Part shown: piece by piece, positions 63,953 through 64,000 of the stretch
Position numbering within the stretch: the stretch's first letter is position 1
Layout of the letters: every line of letters starts with the position of its first letter
Assembly: GCA_048213135.1 (NCBI GenBank)
Contig: PS015081.1
Span: forward strand, 106,785-170,784
Reading direction: 5' to 3'
From: Reclinomonas americana ATCC 50394
Taxonomy: Eukaryota
DNA: 64,000 nucleotides
The notes under the pieces: model-generated
What the model was told of the DNA's origin: nothing
What the model saw: the letters and a program-made list of their open reading frames with translations, nothing else
The model's database searches: none
Made by a program: the position numbers and the translations under genes

Positions 63953-64000
63953 CAAAGCACATGAGACGTGCACACGAAAACGGGGGGAAAAGGGGACGAA

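Overview
Gene-dense, GC-rich eukaryotic nuclear DNA, probably from a flagellated protist (inferred from the CDKL kinase, G-alpha and PKD1-like genes; the taxon cannot be named from this window). Genes are split by many short spliceosomal introns (mostly ~60-120 nt) rich in (CA)n/(GA)n microsatellites, and there are multiple N gaps. About 20 genes were reconstructed by manual splicing: an amphi-Trp protein, a Med9-like protein, an IMP/S26 peptidase homologue, a Tweety-like channel, Sec13, a CUE-kinesin, a CDKL kinase, enolase, Moco sulfurase, G-alpha, a giant NHL/Ig/CUB/REJ/GPS polycystin-1-like protein, a CRAL-TRIO protein, a TOM1/GPR137-like 7TM protein, Cdt2/DTL, a PaaI thioesterase, Sec15 and a bacterial-type NDP-sugar epimerase. 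The strongest signal is a second, very frequent 5' splice-site class, GTTGCG(T). It is the common GTGCG(T) donor shifted by one base, it occurs at about 30 sites, and it almost always follows an exon that does not end in G. Other highlights: an intron-containing prokaryote-type amphi-Trp gene with a mitochondrial-type presequence, a CUE-domain kinesin with all three nucleotide motifs degenerate, an S26 peptidase lacking both catalytic residues, and Sec15 fused to a myosin-TH1/PH-like domain. All family calls come from recognising motifs by eye, with no database searches. Exon boundaries are manual and some gene ends are approximate.
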